DNA of 64,000 bases, from assembly GCA_963782875.1 (NCBI GenBank), contig CAWALD010000001.1:203605-267604 (forward strand), in the 5' to 3' direction. Made by a program: the position numbers and the translations under genes. A model generated the notes under the pieces. The model did no database searches. It saw only the letters and a program-made list of their open reading frames with translations, and had not been told where the DNA came from. This document shows, piece after piece, positions 1 to 9,447 of this stretch (its first letter is position 1; every line of letters starts with the position of its first letter). This DNA is from an uncultured Alphaproteobacteria bacterium (lineage in GTDB: Bacteria > Pseudomonadota > Alphaproteobacteria > Rhizobiales > Devosiaceae).

Positions 1-822
1 CTCATCGCTGTCACGCAGGGCCCGTGTGACCCCGTCTATGTACACAAAGGTCCCGCCCTTGCCGGCATGCCAACGCACGTCTGGCGCCACCCCGTTTTCG
101 TGGGCCACAGCCAGCTCTCTCTTCGGTTCGCCCGCGTCGACGTCCTGATTGGGGAAGGTGAGGGCGAAGTGCCGACCCAGCGCTTCGGCGGCTGTCCAGC
201 CGAACACGGCCTCGGCGCCCGCTGGCCAGTCGGTGATGACGCCCTCGGCGTCAAGCGAGAAGATCGCATAGTCGCGTGCACTTTGAACGATATGGTCGAC
301 CAGCCCCTCTCTCTCGCGCAGCCCCTGGCTGGCTTGCACCGCCAGCGTCGTGTCGACGAGTGTCACCAGTACACCGCCGACTTGGCCGGTTTCCTCGCGA
401 AGAGGGCTGAAGACGAGGTCGAACCAGCCGATTTCGGGCGCCGGCCAGCGCGATATGGTGAGCCGCTGATCGTGCAGGCTGCGCGTGTCACCCTCCAGGA
501 CAGCTTCGTAGATGGGTGTCGTCAGCGACTTCAGTTCCGGCCACACGTCCTCTGTCGGATGACCCAGCCCGTTGCGGTGGGTTTCGGCCATCAGGATCCT
601 GTAGCTGTCATTGTAGATCTGAACCAGGCTGTCGCCCCAAAGCACCATCATCGGCAGGGGCGAGTTCAGGACCGTGCTGACGATGGTCCTGAGGCTTTGC
701 GGCCACTCCTCCGAGGGGCCGAGCGCGGTGGCCCCCCAGTCGTAGTCGCGAATCCGGCTTGCCATCTCCCCTTGACCGGGAGGCCATTCGGGATCGGGTG
801 GTATTGAAGGAGCATCGATCAT
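1..822 (-). CDS. PAS-domain sensor protein, N-terminal part (probably HWE/HisKA_2-type histidine kinase; runs off left edge)
   Basis: Absent from the ORF track because there is no stop in the window. I checked every triplet from ATG (820-822) to base 1 and found no stop. Translation starts MIDAPSIPPDPEWPPGQGEMASRIRDYDWGATALGPSEEWPQSLRTIVSTVLNS, the PAS N-cap motif common in alphaproteobacterial sensors. A second PAS-like block is ARDYAIFSLDAEGVITDWPAGAEAVFGW. Confidence 0.8.
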   Translation of the reverse strand, partial: MIDAPSIPPDPEWPPGQGEMASRIRDYDWGATALGPSEEWPQSLRTIVSTVLNSPLPMMVLWGDSLVQIYNDSYRILMAETHRNGLGHPTEDVWPELKSLTTPIYEAVLEGDTRSLHDQRLTISRWPAPEIGWFDLVFSPLREETGQVGGVLVTLVDTTLAVQASQGLREREGLVDHIVQSARDYAIFSLDAEGVITDWPAGAEAVFGWTAAEALGRHFALTFPNQDVDAGEPKRELAVAHENGVAPDVRWHAGKGGTFVYIDGVTRALRDSDE

Positions 823-910
823 GTGCGCACGCTGTTTATTGGCCCAACGCAGCCGGGGCACTTGAGATGCCTCCTGCCGGCATTTTTGCGTTGGTAGGCG
901 CGCATCTGGT

Positions 911-1630
911 TCAATCCCTTGGTTTCAGGTGCAAATAGGAGGGGTTGAACCCTGCGACGCGCGTGAGCGCATCGATGTCTGGCACGGTCAGCACCTTGTT
1001 GTGAAATTCGATCACGCCCAGGGCGCGCAATTCCTGCAGCGTCCGGTTCACATGCACCGCCGACAAACCGGCAGCCGAAGCGAATTCGCTTTGCGTTACC
1101 GGGAGTTCGCAGCTCTTGTTGTCCACCAGCCCCACTGCATCCTGACGGAAATAGAGTTCGCAAAGCAAATGCGAAATGCGCTCGATGGCGTCGCGCTGCC
1201 CGAGGCTGACCGTCCATTCGCGCTGGATAGCGAACGCCACGAGGCTCTCCCACCAGAGCGCGTGCATGACATTGGGATAATCGCGCTCGATCCTGTTGAA
1301 TTGTTCGCGGCTGATTTCTGCAACCCGCAACGGCGTCAGGGCTGCGATGGAATGATCCATCTCCGGCAGAAGAAAGACATTGAGATCGCAGAGATCGCCC
1401 GGAAGGAAAAAGGCGATGATCTGACGCCTGCCGTCTTCCAGCATCTTGTACCGGAAGGACCAGCCGCTCAGCATGACGTACATGTAGATCGGGTCGTCGC
1501 CCTCCCGGATCAAATCTTCCCGTGCAGCAACCACGCGCGAACGTTCGCTGACGATGTCCGACAGAACTCTTTTGTCCTCTGCATTGAGGTCTACAAACTG
1601 CTCGAGCTTTCGGATAAATTGGCTAGGCAT
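911..1630 (-). CDS. Crp/Fnr family transcriptional regulator
   Basis: ORF 911..1735 trimmed to the internal ATG at 1628-1630 (MPSQFIRKLEQF...). It has a cNMP-binding-like fold followed by a C-terminal HTH (SEFASAAGLSAVHVNRTLQELRALGVI). Confidence 0.85.
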   Translation of the reverse strand: MPSQFIRKLEQFVDLNAEDKRVLSDIVSERSRVVAAREDLIREGDDPIYMYVMLSGWSFRYKMLEDGRRQIIAFFLPGDLCDLNVFLLPEMDHSIAALTPLRVAEISREQFNRIERDYPNVMHALWWESLVAFAIQREWTVSLGQRDAIERISHLLCELYFRQDAVGLVDNKSCELPVTQSEFASAAGLSAVHVNRTLQELRALGVIEFHNKVLTVPDIDALTRVAGFNPSYLHLKPRD

Positions 1631-1717
1631 CGAGCGTGATCGGCATGCGGGGGGAAAGCAGCACCGCGAACTGGCAGCTTTCCGTCGCCACGTTTGGTCC
1701 CGGCGATGGCGTGAACC

Positions 1718-2137
1718 TTGGCAGCGGTAAGGCAAGAGGAGCGAACATTGAGGCCCGGCGACACTCCACTTTTGGGTTGCAATGTGATTGTGGTAGAGGA
1801 CGAGTATTACCTCGCCGACGATATAGCACGCGCGCTTGGTGCGCTAGGCGCACGGATAATGGGGCCGGTTGCAGCGGCGGCCGAAGCCTTTGCCATCTTG
1901 GACGCACCCGAACCCGTCCATCTGGCCGTGCTCGATATCAATCTGCAGGATGGCAAGGTTTTTTCGCTGGCAGATGCTCTGGCGGAGCGGGGCGTGCCTT
2001 TCGTCTTTGCAACCGGCTATGACGCTCGCCAGCTGCCGCCGCGCCACGCCCACGTGATGCTGTGGGAGAAGCCGTTCGAGGCGGCCCACCTCGCCGCCGC
2101 CCTCCCGAACCTGAAGCAGGGCGCGGTCAGCCGCTAG
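1718..2137 (+). CDS. single-domain response regulator (receiver only)
   Basis: Receiver motifs VIVVEDE, LAVLDINL and FATGY, with no output domain. The track start at 1718 is TTG. The TTG at 1748 sits behind AAGAGGAG and is a plausible true start. Confidence 0.8.
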   Translation: MAAVRQEERTLRPGDTPLLGCNVIVVEDEYYLADDIARALGALGARIMGPVAAAAEAFAILDAPEPVHLAVLDINLQDGKVFSLADALAERGVPFVFATGYDARQLPPRHAHVMLWEKPFEAAHLAAALPNLKQGAVSR

Positions 2138-3003
2138 AGCATCAGCCTCCCGCCCGTAACCGGAATCACGGCTCCGGTAACGTAGCTGGCCTCTTCGGAC
2201 GCGAGATAAACATAGGCTCCGGCGAGTTCCGCCGGCTGCCCGGCGCGGCCGATCGGCGTGCTCTTGCCGAAGTTTTCGACCTTCTTCTCGGGCATGGTTG
2301 AGGGGATCAGCGGCGTCCATATCGGCCCCGGCGCGACCGCGTTGACGCGGATACCCTTGTCGGCAACCAGCCCCGACAGTCCTCCCGTGAAATTGGCGAT
2401 GGCGCCCTTGGTCATGGCATAAACCAGCAATTGCGGGCTCGGGTCCTTGAAATTGATGGAAGTCGTGTTGATGATCGAGCTGCCGGGCTTCATCACCGGC
2501 ACTGCGGCGCGGCTGAGATAGAACATCGCGGAAAGATTGGTGTTCAGCGTCGTCTGCCACTCTTCGGTCGTGATGTCTTCAATCTTTGAAAATGTGGCCT
2601 GGTGCGCCGCGTTGTTGACCAGGATGTCGAGCTTGCCGAACTTTCCGACGGCCGTGTCGATCAGCGATTTGCAGAAATGCTCGTCCTTGATGTCGCCCCG
2701 CATGAGGACTGCCTTGCGCCCGGCCTCCTCGACCCAGCGGGCCGTTTCCTTGGCGTCTTCGTCTTCGCTGAAATAGGAGATGACGACATCGGCACCCTCG
2801 CGCGCAAATGCGATGGCGACGGCCCGGCCGATGCCACTGTCCGCGCCGGTGATGATGGCGGCGCAATCCTTCAGCCTGCCGCTGCCCACATAGCTTTGCT
2901 CCCCATGATCAGGCTCGGGCGTCATCTTCCCGGTCTTGCCCGGCATGTCCTGCTTCTGCTGCGGTTGCGGCGGCTGCGGATATTTGGTGGTGGGGTCTTT
3001 CAT
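2134..3003 (-). CDS. SDR family oxidoreductase (YghA / general-stress-protein-39-like)
   Basis: ORF 2134..3063 trimmed to MKDPTTKYPQPP at 3003. It carries the TGADSGIGRA Rossmann motif and YAMTKGA active-site region. An EcfG-type promoter lies upstream. Confidence 0.85.
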   Translation of the reverse strand: MKDPTTKYPQPPQPQQKQDMPGKTGKMTPEPDHGEQSYVGSGRLKDCAAIITGADSGIGRAVAIAFAREGADVVISYFSEDEDAKETARWVEEAGRKAVLMRGDIKDEHFCKSLIDTAVGKFGKLDILVNNAAHQATFSKIEDITTEEWQTTLNTNLSAMFYLSRAAVPVMKPGSSIINTTSINFKDPSPQLLVYAMTKGAIANFTGGLSGLVADKGIRVNAVAPGPIWTPLIPSTMPEKKVENFGKSTPIGRAGQPAELAGAYVYLASEEASYVTGAVIPVTGGRLML

Positions 3004-3072
3004 CTCGGGCTCCTGTCCAAGGGGTTCATGGCGAAGGGGAGATATCCGCCCCTCGGCAATCATTCCCCGCTG

Positions 3073-3097
3073 AACGGCGGCTCTCGGGGCGGGTTCC
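3073..3097 (-). promoter_or_regulatory. sigma-EcfG (general stress response) type promoter, GGAAC-N16-CGTT
   Basis: The minus strand reads GGAAC (3097-3093), a 16-nt spacer, then CGTT (3076-3073). This is about 70 nt upstream of the SDR start codon at 3003. Confidence 0.65.
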
Positions 3098-3162
3098 GGT
3101 CATTGCCGCACTGTCCGCAACAGAACCGCTGCGCTGGGTCCGGACGTCCTTGTCCGCCTTCC

Positions 3163-3489
3163 TTATTGGTCATAGGCCGCAGCCGGCGGCGGATCGGCCG
3201 GCAGCAGGGCTCCTGCGAGCATCTGTCTTTCACCAGAGGAGGGGAATTCGCTGCCATCGAGCCGCTGCACCGAATAAAGGGTGGGGTCCATGAACGCGCT
3301 CGCCGACAACTGCGTGTCGAGTTTGCCCGAATGACCCGAAGCGGCTGCTTCCGCCTCTGCGGCGACCAGCCGCGCATCGCCCGTGGACAAGGCGCGCACG
3401 ATGACCATGCCCTGGTCTCGCGAAAGCTCGAAAGCCTCCTCGTTCTGCGGCGGGTTCGGCGTCAGCCGATAGATTGCGCTCTCAGTCAT
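3163..3489 (-). CDS. hypothetical protein (108 aa)
   Basis: ORF in the track with GGAG 9 nt upstream of the ATG and an exact EcfG-type promoter upstream. I recognise no family. Confidence 0.55.
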   Translation of the reverse strand: MTESAIYRLTPNPPQNEEAFELSRDQGMVIVRALSTGDARLVAAEAEAAASGHSGKLDTQLSASAFMDPTLYSVQRLDGSEFPSSGERQMLAGALLPADPPPAAAYDQ

Positions 3490-3521
3490 CTGCTTGCTCC
3501 GTTGACGCTGTTTGCAAGGTC

Positions 3522-3546
3522 AACGGCGCCGCATAATCGGCGTTCC
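3522..3546 (-). promoter_or_regulatory. sigma-EcfG type promoter, GGAAC-N16-CGTT
   Basis: The minus strand reads GGGAACgccgattatgcggcgcCGTTgacc. The -10 element lies about 33 nt upstream of the ATG at 3489. Confidence 0.65.
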
Positions 3547-3796
3547 CGTAAGTGTTCGGCCGATAGTTCCCGGGCAATCAGCGAGAGCCGTCCCGCGGAT
3601 GCGCTTTCCTGGCCAAAAATGAAGATCGGATGAAACCTTTTCGCACTTCGCGCCTTTAGCGCTCGAAATGCGACGACCTCCAATACCTCGCGGCGGCCTT
3701 TTGGCCGCCGCTTTTTCTTTGCCGATTGGCCTCTTGGCGCCTTTGGGTTTGGGGCAAACGGTTGTATGCAGGGACCTCATCCTGCCTCAGCCGTAA

Positions 3797-4828
3797 GTGC
3801 TTCAAATCATGCCTGAACTGCCCGATCTCGATCAGCTTGCCGACCACGTTTTCGCGCCTGCTCGCGCCAGCATAGAAGAGGGACGCATCCCTGGTGCCGT
3901 GCTCGGCATCGTCACCGCCGGCGGACAAAAGGCGGTGCGGGTGACGGGCAGGGCGCAGATCGTGCCCGAGACGCGCGACATGCGCGCCGGCACCTGGTTC
4001 GATCTGGCTTCGCTGACCAAGGTCATCTTCACCACCACCGAAATCCTCAAGCTCGCCGATCAGGGCCGGATCGATCTCGACGCGCCGCTCACCTCGGTCA
4101 TTCCCGATTTCCGCCAATACGATGTGAACTGCGCCGACCGCCAGATCACCTTCCGACAGTGCCTCGGTCACCAGACCCATCTGCCCGGCGTCGAGCCGAT
4201 CTATACCTATGGGGCCGATCCCTCGACCTTGCGTGCCTTCGTGCTGCAGCGCGAATGGCGGGCCGGCCCGCCCGTCTATTCCGATATCAACTACATCCTG
4301 CTCGGCATCGCGCTCGAGCGCATCCACGGCAAGACCATCCGCGATTTCGATGTCGGGGAAGGGCTGAGCTTCCGTCCCGACCCGCAAGACTGCGCCGCCA
4401 CCGAGAACTGCACCTGGCGCGGCCGCGTCATGGTCGGCGAGGTGCATGACGAGAACTGCTATGCCCTGCAGGGTACGGGCCATGCCGGCCTCTTCGGCAC
4501 AGTCGATGGCGTTCTCGGCTATGCTCACGCCGTCCTGAACGACGAGCCCTCCGAAAATGTCGTCCGCCTCATGCGTACGCCCATCGCCGGCAACCGCACC
4601 CATGGCTGGGAAAAGCCGTTCGAAGGCTGGTCGGGCGGCAATCGGTGCGGGCCTGATGTCATCGGTCATACTGGCTTTACAGGCACCGGGCTCTGGATCG
4701 ATTTCGACAAGAAGCTGGCCTGGACGCTGCTGACCAATCGCGTGCATCCGTCGCGCCACACCGACAGCGGCATTTTTGCACTTCGTGCCGAAACCGGCGA
4801 CCGCATCAACGAAAGGCTCAGAGGGTGA
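3797..4828 (+). CDS. serine hydrolase, beta-lactamase/class-C PBP-like family
   Basis: SxxK motif (ASLTKV), YSDIN (Y-x-N) and HTG box (IGHTGFTGTG). The stop overlaps the next start (GTGA). Confidence 0.8.
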   Translation: MLQIMPELPDLDQLADHVFAPARASIEEGRIPGAVLGIVTAGGQKAVRVTGRAQIVPETRDMRAGTWFDLASLTKVIFTTTEILKLADQGRIDLDAPLTSVIPDFRQYDVNCADRQITFRQCLGHQTHLPGVEPIYTYGADPSTLRAFVLQREWRAGPPVYSDINYILLGIALERIHGKTIRDFDVGEGLSFRPDPQDCAATENCTWRGRVMVGEVHDENCYALQGTGHAGLFGTVDGVLGYAHAVLNDEPSENVVRLMRTPIAGNRTHGWEKPFEGWSGGNRCGPDVIGHTGFTGTGLWIDFDKKLAWTLLTNRVHPSRHTDSGIFALRAETGDRINERLRG

Positions 4829-5721
4829 CGACCATCGCCATCCGTCCCTTCCGCGCTGCCGACCTGCCGGCCCTGGCGCAGCTGATGGGGCAGACGCTGG
4901 GCCTGCCCGAGATCGACGAAAAGCTGCTCGCGCGCGACTTCCTGCTTGCCTCGGGCTTTCAGCCCAACCATCTGCTCGTCGCCGTGCGAAACGCAACGCC
5001 GGCCGGCTTCATGCTCGCGCCTCGCAATGATCCGTGGGGCCCCAAAAAAACCGCCTGGCTCGCCGGTTTCGGCGTGGCCGCCGCGCATCGGCAACTGGGC
5101 ATCGCCACGGCGCTTCTCGCCCGTCTGCTGGCCGATCTGCGCCAGGAGGGCATCGATCGGCTCGATGTCGCCAACGTGCCGGTGCGCTATTTCTTCGCCG
5201 GCGTCGATCCTGAAACCTTCCCGATAGCCTCCGACTGGCTCGATCGGCGAGGTTTTTCCTTGCGCGACGAAGTCGCCTCCATGGGCTTCGATTTCGCCGA
5301 GCCTGTTCCTGATATATCCGACCCGGCCATCCGTGCCGCAACACCGGGCGACTACCCGGCTCTCAAGGCGTTCCTGTTGGAGGATTTCGATGCCAGCTGG
5401 TGGGCCTATTTCGAGCGCTCGATCCTCGCCACGCTCAATGGCGACCCGACGCCGTCTGAGACCTTCTGCGCCTTCGATGGTGATCGGATCATTGGTACCG
5501 TACATTATCGCAGCACGCGCTTCGGACCATTGGCCGTCGGCGCGGCAGCACGGGGGAGGGGCCTCGGCGCGGCCCTGACCGTCGAGGCGCTGAGAGCCAT
5601 GCGCGCCGCCGGTATGCCGCATGCCGGTTTCCGGATCGGCCGCCCGGACGTGCAGCCTTTCTATGCAAAGCTCGGCTTTACCGTGCTCCGCCGCTTCCGC
5701 CAGTTGACCCTCAGCCTCTAG
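4825..5721 (+). CDS. GNAT family N-acetyltransferase (two GNAT-like halves)
   Basis: RQLGIATALLARL and RGRGLGAALTVEAL acetyl-CoA-binding-like motifs. Translationally coupled to the hydrolase. Confidence 0.7.
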   Translation: MTTIAIRPFRAADLPALAQLMGQTLGLPEIDEKLLARDFLLASGFQPNHLLVAVRNATPAGFMLAPRNDPWGPKKTAWLAGFGVAAAHRQLGIATALLARLLADLRQEGIDRLDVANVPVRYFFAGVDPETFPIASDWLDRRGFSLRDEVASMGFDFAEPVPDISDPAIRAATPGDYPALKAFLLEDFDASWWAYFERSILATLNGDPTPSETFCAFDGDRIIGTVHYRSTRFGPLAVGAAARGRGLGAALTVEALRAMRAAGMPHAGFRIGRPDVQPFYAKLGFTVLRRFRQLTLSL

Positions 5722-7469
5722 CGTCTTCCATCCGCGCGCGGTGGTCCGGCCCGATCTCGCGCCACTCCGCGACTGGCGGTTCATATCCATGCGGCCGCAC
5801 CAGCGACGGCACTTCGCTCAGATCCACGCTGAATTCGCGATGCCGCCGGTCAACGGTCGGCACCGCCGAAATCAGCCGTTGCGTGTAGGAATGCGCCGGC
5901 TGCGACAGCACCGCCCGTGCATCCCCGATCTCGACGATCTGCCCGGCATACATCACCGCCACGCGATGCGCGATCCGCTCCACCACCGCCATGTCGTGCG
6001 AGATGAAGAGATAGGCGAGCCCGAACTCCTGCTGCAGATCGATCAGCAACTCCACCACCTGCGCCTGGATCGACACGTCCAGCGCCGACACCGCCTCGTC
6101 CAGCACCACGATGGCCGGGTTGAGCATCAGTGCCCGGGCGATGCACAGTCGCTGCCTTTGTCCGCCGGAGAATTCGTGCGGATAGCGGTCGAGGCAGTCT
6201 TCCGGCAGCCCCACGCGCTTGAGCAGGAAGCGCATGCGCTCCCGCAGCTTATCGTCCTTGCGCAGCCCGGCGGCGATCGCGGGCTCCGCCAGCAGCGCCT
6301 CCACGTTAAGCCGCGGATTGAGCGAGGCGAACGGGTCCTGGAACACCATCTGCACGGGCTTTTGCCGCTTGCCCTCGGCGCGCTGCGGTGCCTCGAACTT
6401 TATCGCGCCGCGGGTCGCGCTGACCAGATCCAGCACCGCCTTTGCCGTGGTGGATTTGCCCGAGCCACTTTCCCCTACGATCGCCAGCGTCTCGCCCGGC
6501 CTCAGCGTGAAGTCGACCCCGTCCACCGCATGTACGGCATCGCTGCGGCGGCTCCAGAAATGGCTGTCCAGCGGAAACCGCACCGCCAGATTTTCGACCG
6601 TCAGGATCGGCGCCGCTCTCCGCTAGCTCCGCCGCCCGCGCTTCCGCGCCATGCCGGAACTGCGGCACTGCGCTCAACAAATGCTTTGTGTACTCGTGCT
6701 GCGGCGCGTCCAGCACCTTGCCCAGTTCGCCCTGTTCGACGATCTCGCCATTCTGCATCACCACCACCCGGTCGGCGACTTCCGCCACCAGCCCGATGTC
6801 ATGGGTGATGAAGATCATCGCCATCTGCAATTCGCGCTTGAGCTCGGCCAGGAGCGCCATGATCTGCGCCTGCACCGTCACGTCCAGCGCCGTTGTCGGT
6901 TCGTCGGCGATCAGCAGCCGCGGATTGCAGGCCAGCGCCATGGCGATCATGATCCGCTGGCGCATGCCGCCGGAAAGCTGGTGCGGATATTGTTGCATCC
7001 GGCGCGTCGCATCGGGAATGCGCACACGGTCGAGCATGGCCTTTACGGCCTTGTCCGCCTGCTGCCCTTCGAGATGCTGGTGCAGCCGCAACGCCTCGGC
7101 AATCTGCTTGCCCACCTTTTTGACCGGGTTGAGCGAGGTCATCGGCTCCTGGAAGATCATGCCGATCTCGCCGCCGCGAATTTTGCCCAGAACCCGCTCA
7201 TCCGCCGTGGCCAGATCGATCACGCTGCCGTCGCGCCGCTCGAACATCATCTTGCCGGAGAGGATATGCCCGCCGCCGAAATCGATCAGCCGGTTGACGC
7301 TGAGCGCGGTCACCGATTTGCCCGAGCCGCTCTCGCCCACCAGCGCCAGCGTCTCGCCCGGCGCGAGATCGAAGCCGACATGGTGCACCACCTCCACCGG
7401 ATTGGCTTTTGCGCCGAACCCGATGGAGAGGTCGCTGACGTTCAACAACTTGCCCGTGTTCGCACTCAT
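5711..7469 (-). pseudogene. fused double-ATPase subunit of a peptide/nickel-type ABC transporter, frameshifted
   Basis: Two ABC domains (GESGSGKS twice; LSGGMRQR and FSGGQRQR). Domain 1 starts MSANTGKLLNV at 7469. Domain 2 (PILTVENLAVRFPLDS...) is in another frame, behind a TAG at 6623-6625, so the frames must switch near 6606-6622. The locus is 1759 nt, not a multiple of 3. Confidence 0.75.
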
Positions 7470-8311
7470 GCCCGCGCCTCCCGCTGGCGCATGCGCGGAT
7501 CGAGGATGTCGCGCAGCGCGTCGCCCAGGAGGTTGAAGCCGAGAATGGCGATCATGATTGCAATGCCCGGTGCGATCATCAGCCAGGGTGCGGATTCCAT
7601 CAGATTCCGGCTCTCCGACAGCATCAGCCCCAGCGACGGGGCAGGGGGTTGCGTGCCGAGCCCGAGAAAGCTGAGCGCCGCCTCGGTCAGCAGCGCCCAG
7701 GCCAGCGCCAGCGTCACCTGCACCGTCATCGGCGCGATCAGATTGAGCAACAGATGGCGGCTGAGGATATAAAAAGGCGAGCTGCCGAAACTGCGCGCCG
7801 CCTCGACGAATTCGCGCGCCTTCAGCGACAGCGCCGGTCCCCGCGCCACGCGGGCAAAGATCGGCGTATAGACGATGGCAATGGCGAGCACGCTGGTCAG
7901 CGCCCCGGGCCCGAGCACTGCGATGATCAGCAGCGCCAGCAGGATGGCGGGAAACGCCAGCAGCACGTCCATTGTCCGCATCAGCACGGTGTCGACGAGA
8001 TTGCCCCACCAGGCCGATGCGAGACCGATAACCGTGCCGGCAATCGTCGCTGCGCCCACCGACAAAAAGGCGATGAAAAAGGATTGCCTTATCCCCGCCA
8101 TCAACCGGCTGAGCACGTCGCGCCCGAACAAGTCGGTGCCGGCCCAATGTGCCATGTCGGGCGGGCTCAGCCGCGCAATGCGGTTCTGCATGATCGGGTC
8201 GTAGGGCGTCAGCCCCGCCCAGCTTGCCAGCGCCAAGCCCAGATAGACCAGCACGATCAGTCCGCCGATGCGTCCGCTGGGGTGGCGAAGAAGCGCGCGC
8301 AACATGCTCAT
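7466..8311 (-). CDS. ABC transporter permease (DppC/OppC-like), apparently intact
   Basis: MSMLRALLRHPSGRIGG ... DILDPRMRQREARA, read from the 3' part of chimeric ORF 7466..9565. There are ATGA overlaps with both flanking genes. Confidence 0.8.
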   Translation of the reverse strand: MSMLRALLRHPSGRIGGLIVLVYLGLALASWAGLTPYDPIMQNRIARLSPPDMAHWAGTDLFGRDVLSRLMAGIRQSFFIAFLSVGAATIAGTVIGLASAWWGNLVDTVLMRTMDVLLAFPAILLALLIIAVLGPGALTSVLAIAIVYTPIFARVARGPALSLKAREFVEAARSFGSSPFYILSRHLLLNLIAPMTVQVTLALAWALLTEAALSFLGLGTQPPAPSLGLMLSESRNLMESAPWLMIAPGIAIMIAILGFNLLGDALRDILDPRMRQREARA

Positions 8312-9271
8312 TTGCCGCGCCCCAGCCGGATGCGCGGGTCGAGCCCCGCATAGGCCAGATCGACCAGCAAATTCACCAGCATGAAATTGGCGGCGATGAA
8401 CAGCACCGCCCCTTCCACAAGCGCATAGTCGCGCTGGTTGATGGCATCGAGCGTCAGCCGCCCGAGGCCGGGCAGGGCGAAGATCTGCTCGACGATCACC
8501 GCGCCGCCCAGCAGATAGCCGAATTCGACGCCCGACAGCGTCACCACCGGGATGAGCGCATTGGGCAGCGCATGGCTCCAGACCACGTCGCGGGCGGGGG
8601 CGCCCTTGGCGCGGGCGGTGCGCACGTAATCCTCGCCCAGCACGTCGAGCATGGAGGAGCGGGTGATGCGGGTCACCGAGGCGGTGAAGGCAAAGCCGAG
8701 CGTGATCGCGGGCAGGATCAGCTGTCCCAGATTGCCGATGGGATCCCGATAGATTGGAATGAAGGTCCCGACCTGCGGAAAGATGCCGAAACCGACCGAG
8801 AGCACGAACAGGATGACCAGCGCCACGACGAAATTCGGCGTCGATTGCCCGAGCATCGCCACCACGCGTACCGCGAGGTCGCGAGGATTTCTCATTGTGC
8901 GTTGCCGCGAAAATCCCCGCCGGGATGCCGCAGATCAGCGCGATCAGCATGGAGAGCAGGGCCAGTTCCAGCGTCAGCGGAAAGCGGTCGAGAATCATCT
9001 GCAGCACCGGCTTGCCATAGGTGACCGAAATGCCGAAATCGCCATGGAAGATGCCGGTGATCCAGTGCCAGTATTGCACCAGCCAGTTCTGGTCCATGCC
9101 GAAATAGACCGACAGTGCCTGCCGTTGCGCCGGGGTCAGAAGCCCGGCTTCGGTGCCCAGCATGGCGGTGATCGCATCGCCCGGCACCATGCGGATGGCG
9201 AGGAACACCACGATGGACGCGCCGAACAGGATCAGCGGGAAGGTCAGCAGGCGGGAGATCAGGTAGTTCAT
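8308..9271 (-). pseudogene. ABC transporter permease (DppB/OppB-like), frameshifted
   Basis: The N-terminus MNYLISRLLTFPLILFGASIVVFLAIRMVPGD lies in the frame of ORF 7466..9565. The C-terminus (...DLAVRVVAMLGQSTPNF...DPRIRLGRGK) lies in ORF 8308..8895. The switch is near 8870-8900, and 964 nt is not a multiple of 3. Confidence 0.75.
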
Positions 9272-9447
9272 GCAAGCAATTCCAGGAAAAGTGGGGTACC
9301 GGTTTTCCGTCCGGAATTGCGGCGAAACCAACCGCAGCAATTGCCCCAGCGGTCGGGAGCCCCGGCCAGCTCCCTCGCCCTTGAGAGGAGGGTGAGCGGG
9401 GTCGGGGTAGCCGGCGGCAGCTCCGGGAACCGCCGCCGGCCGAAAGC

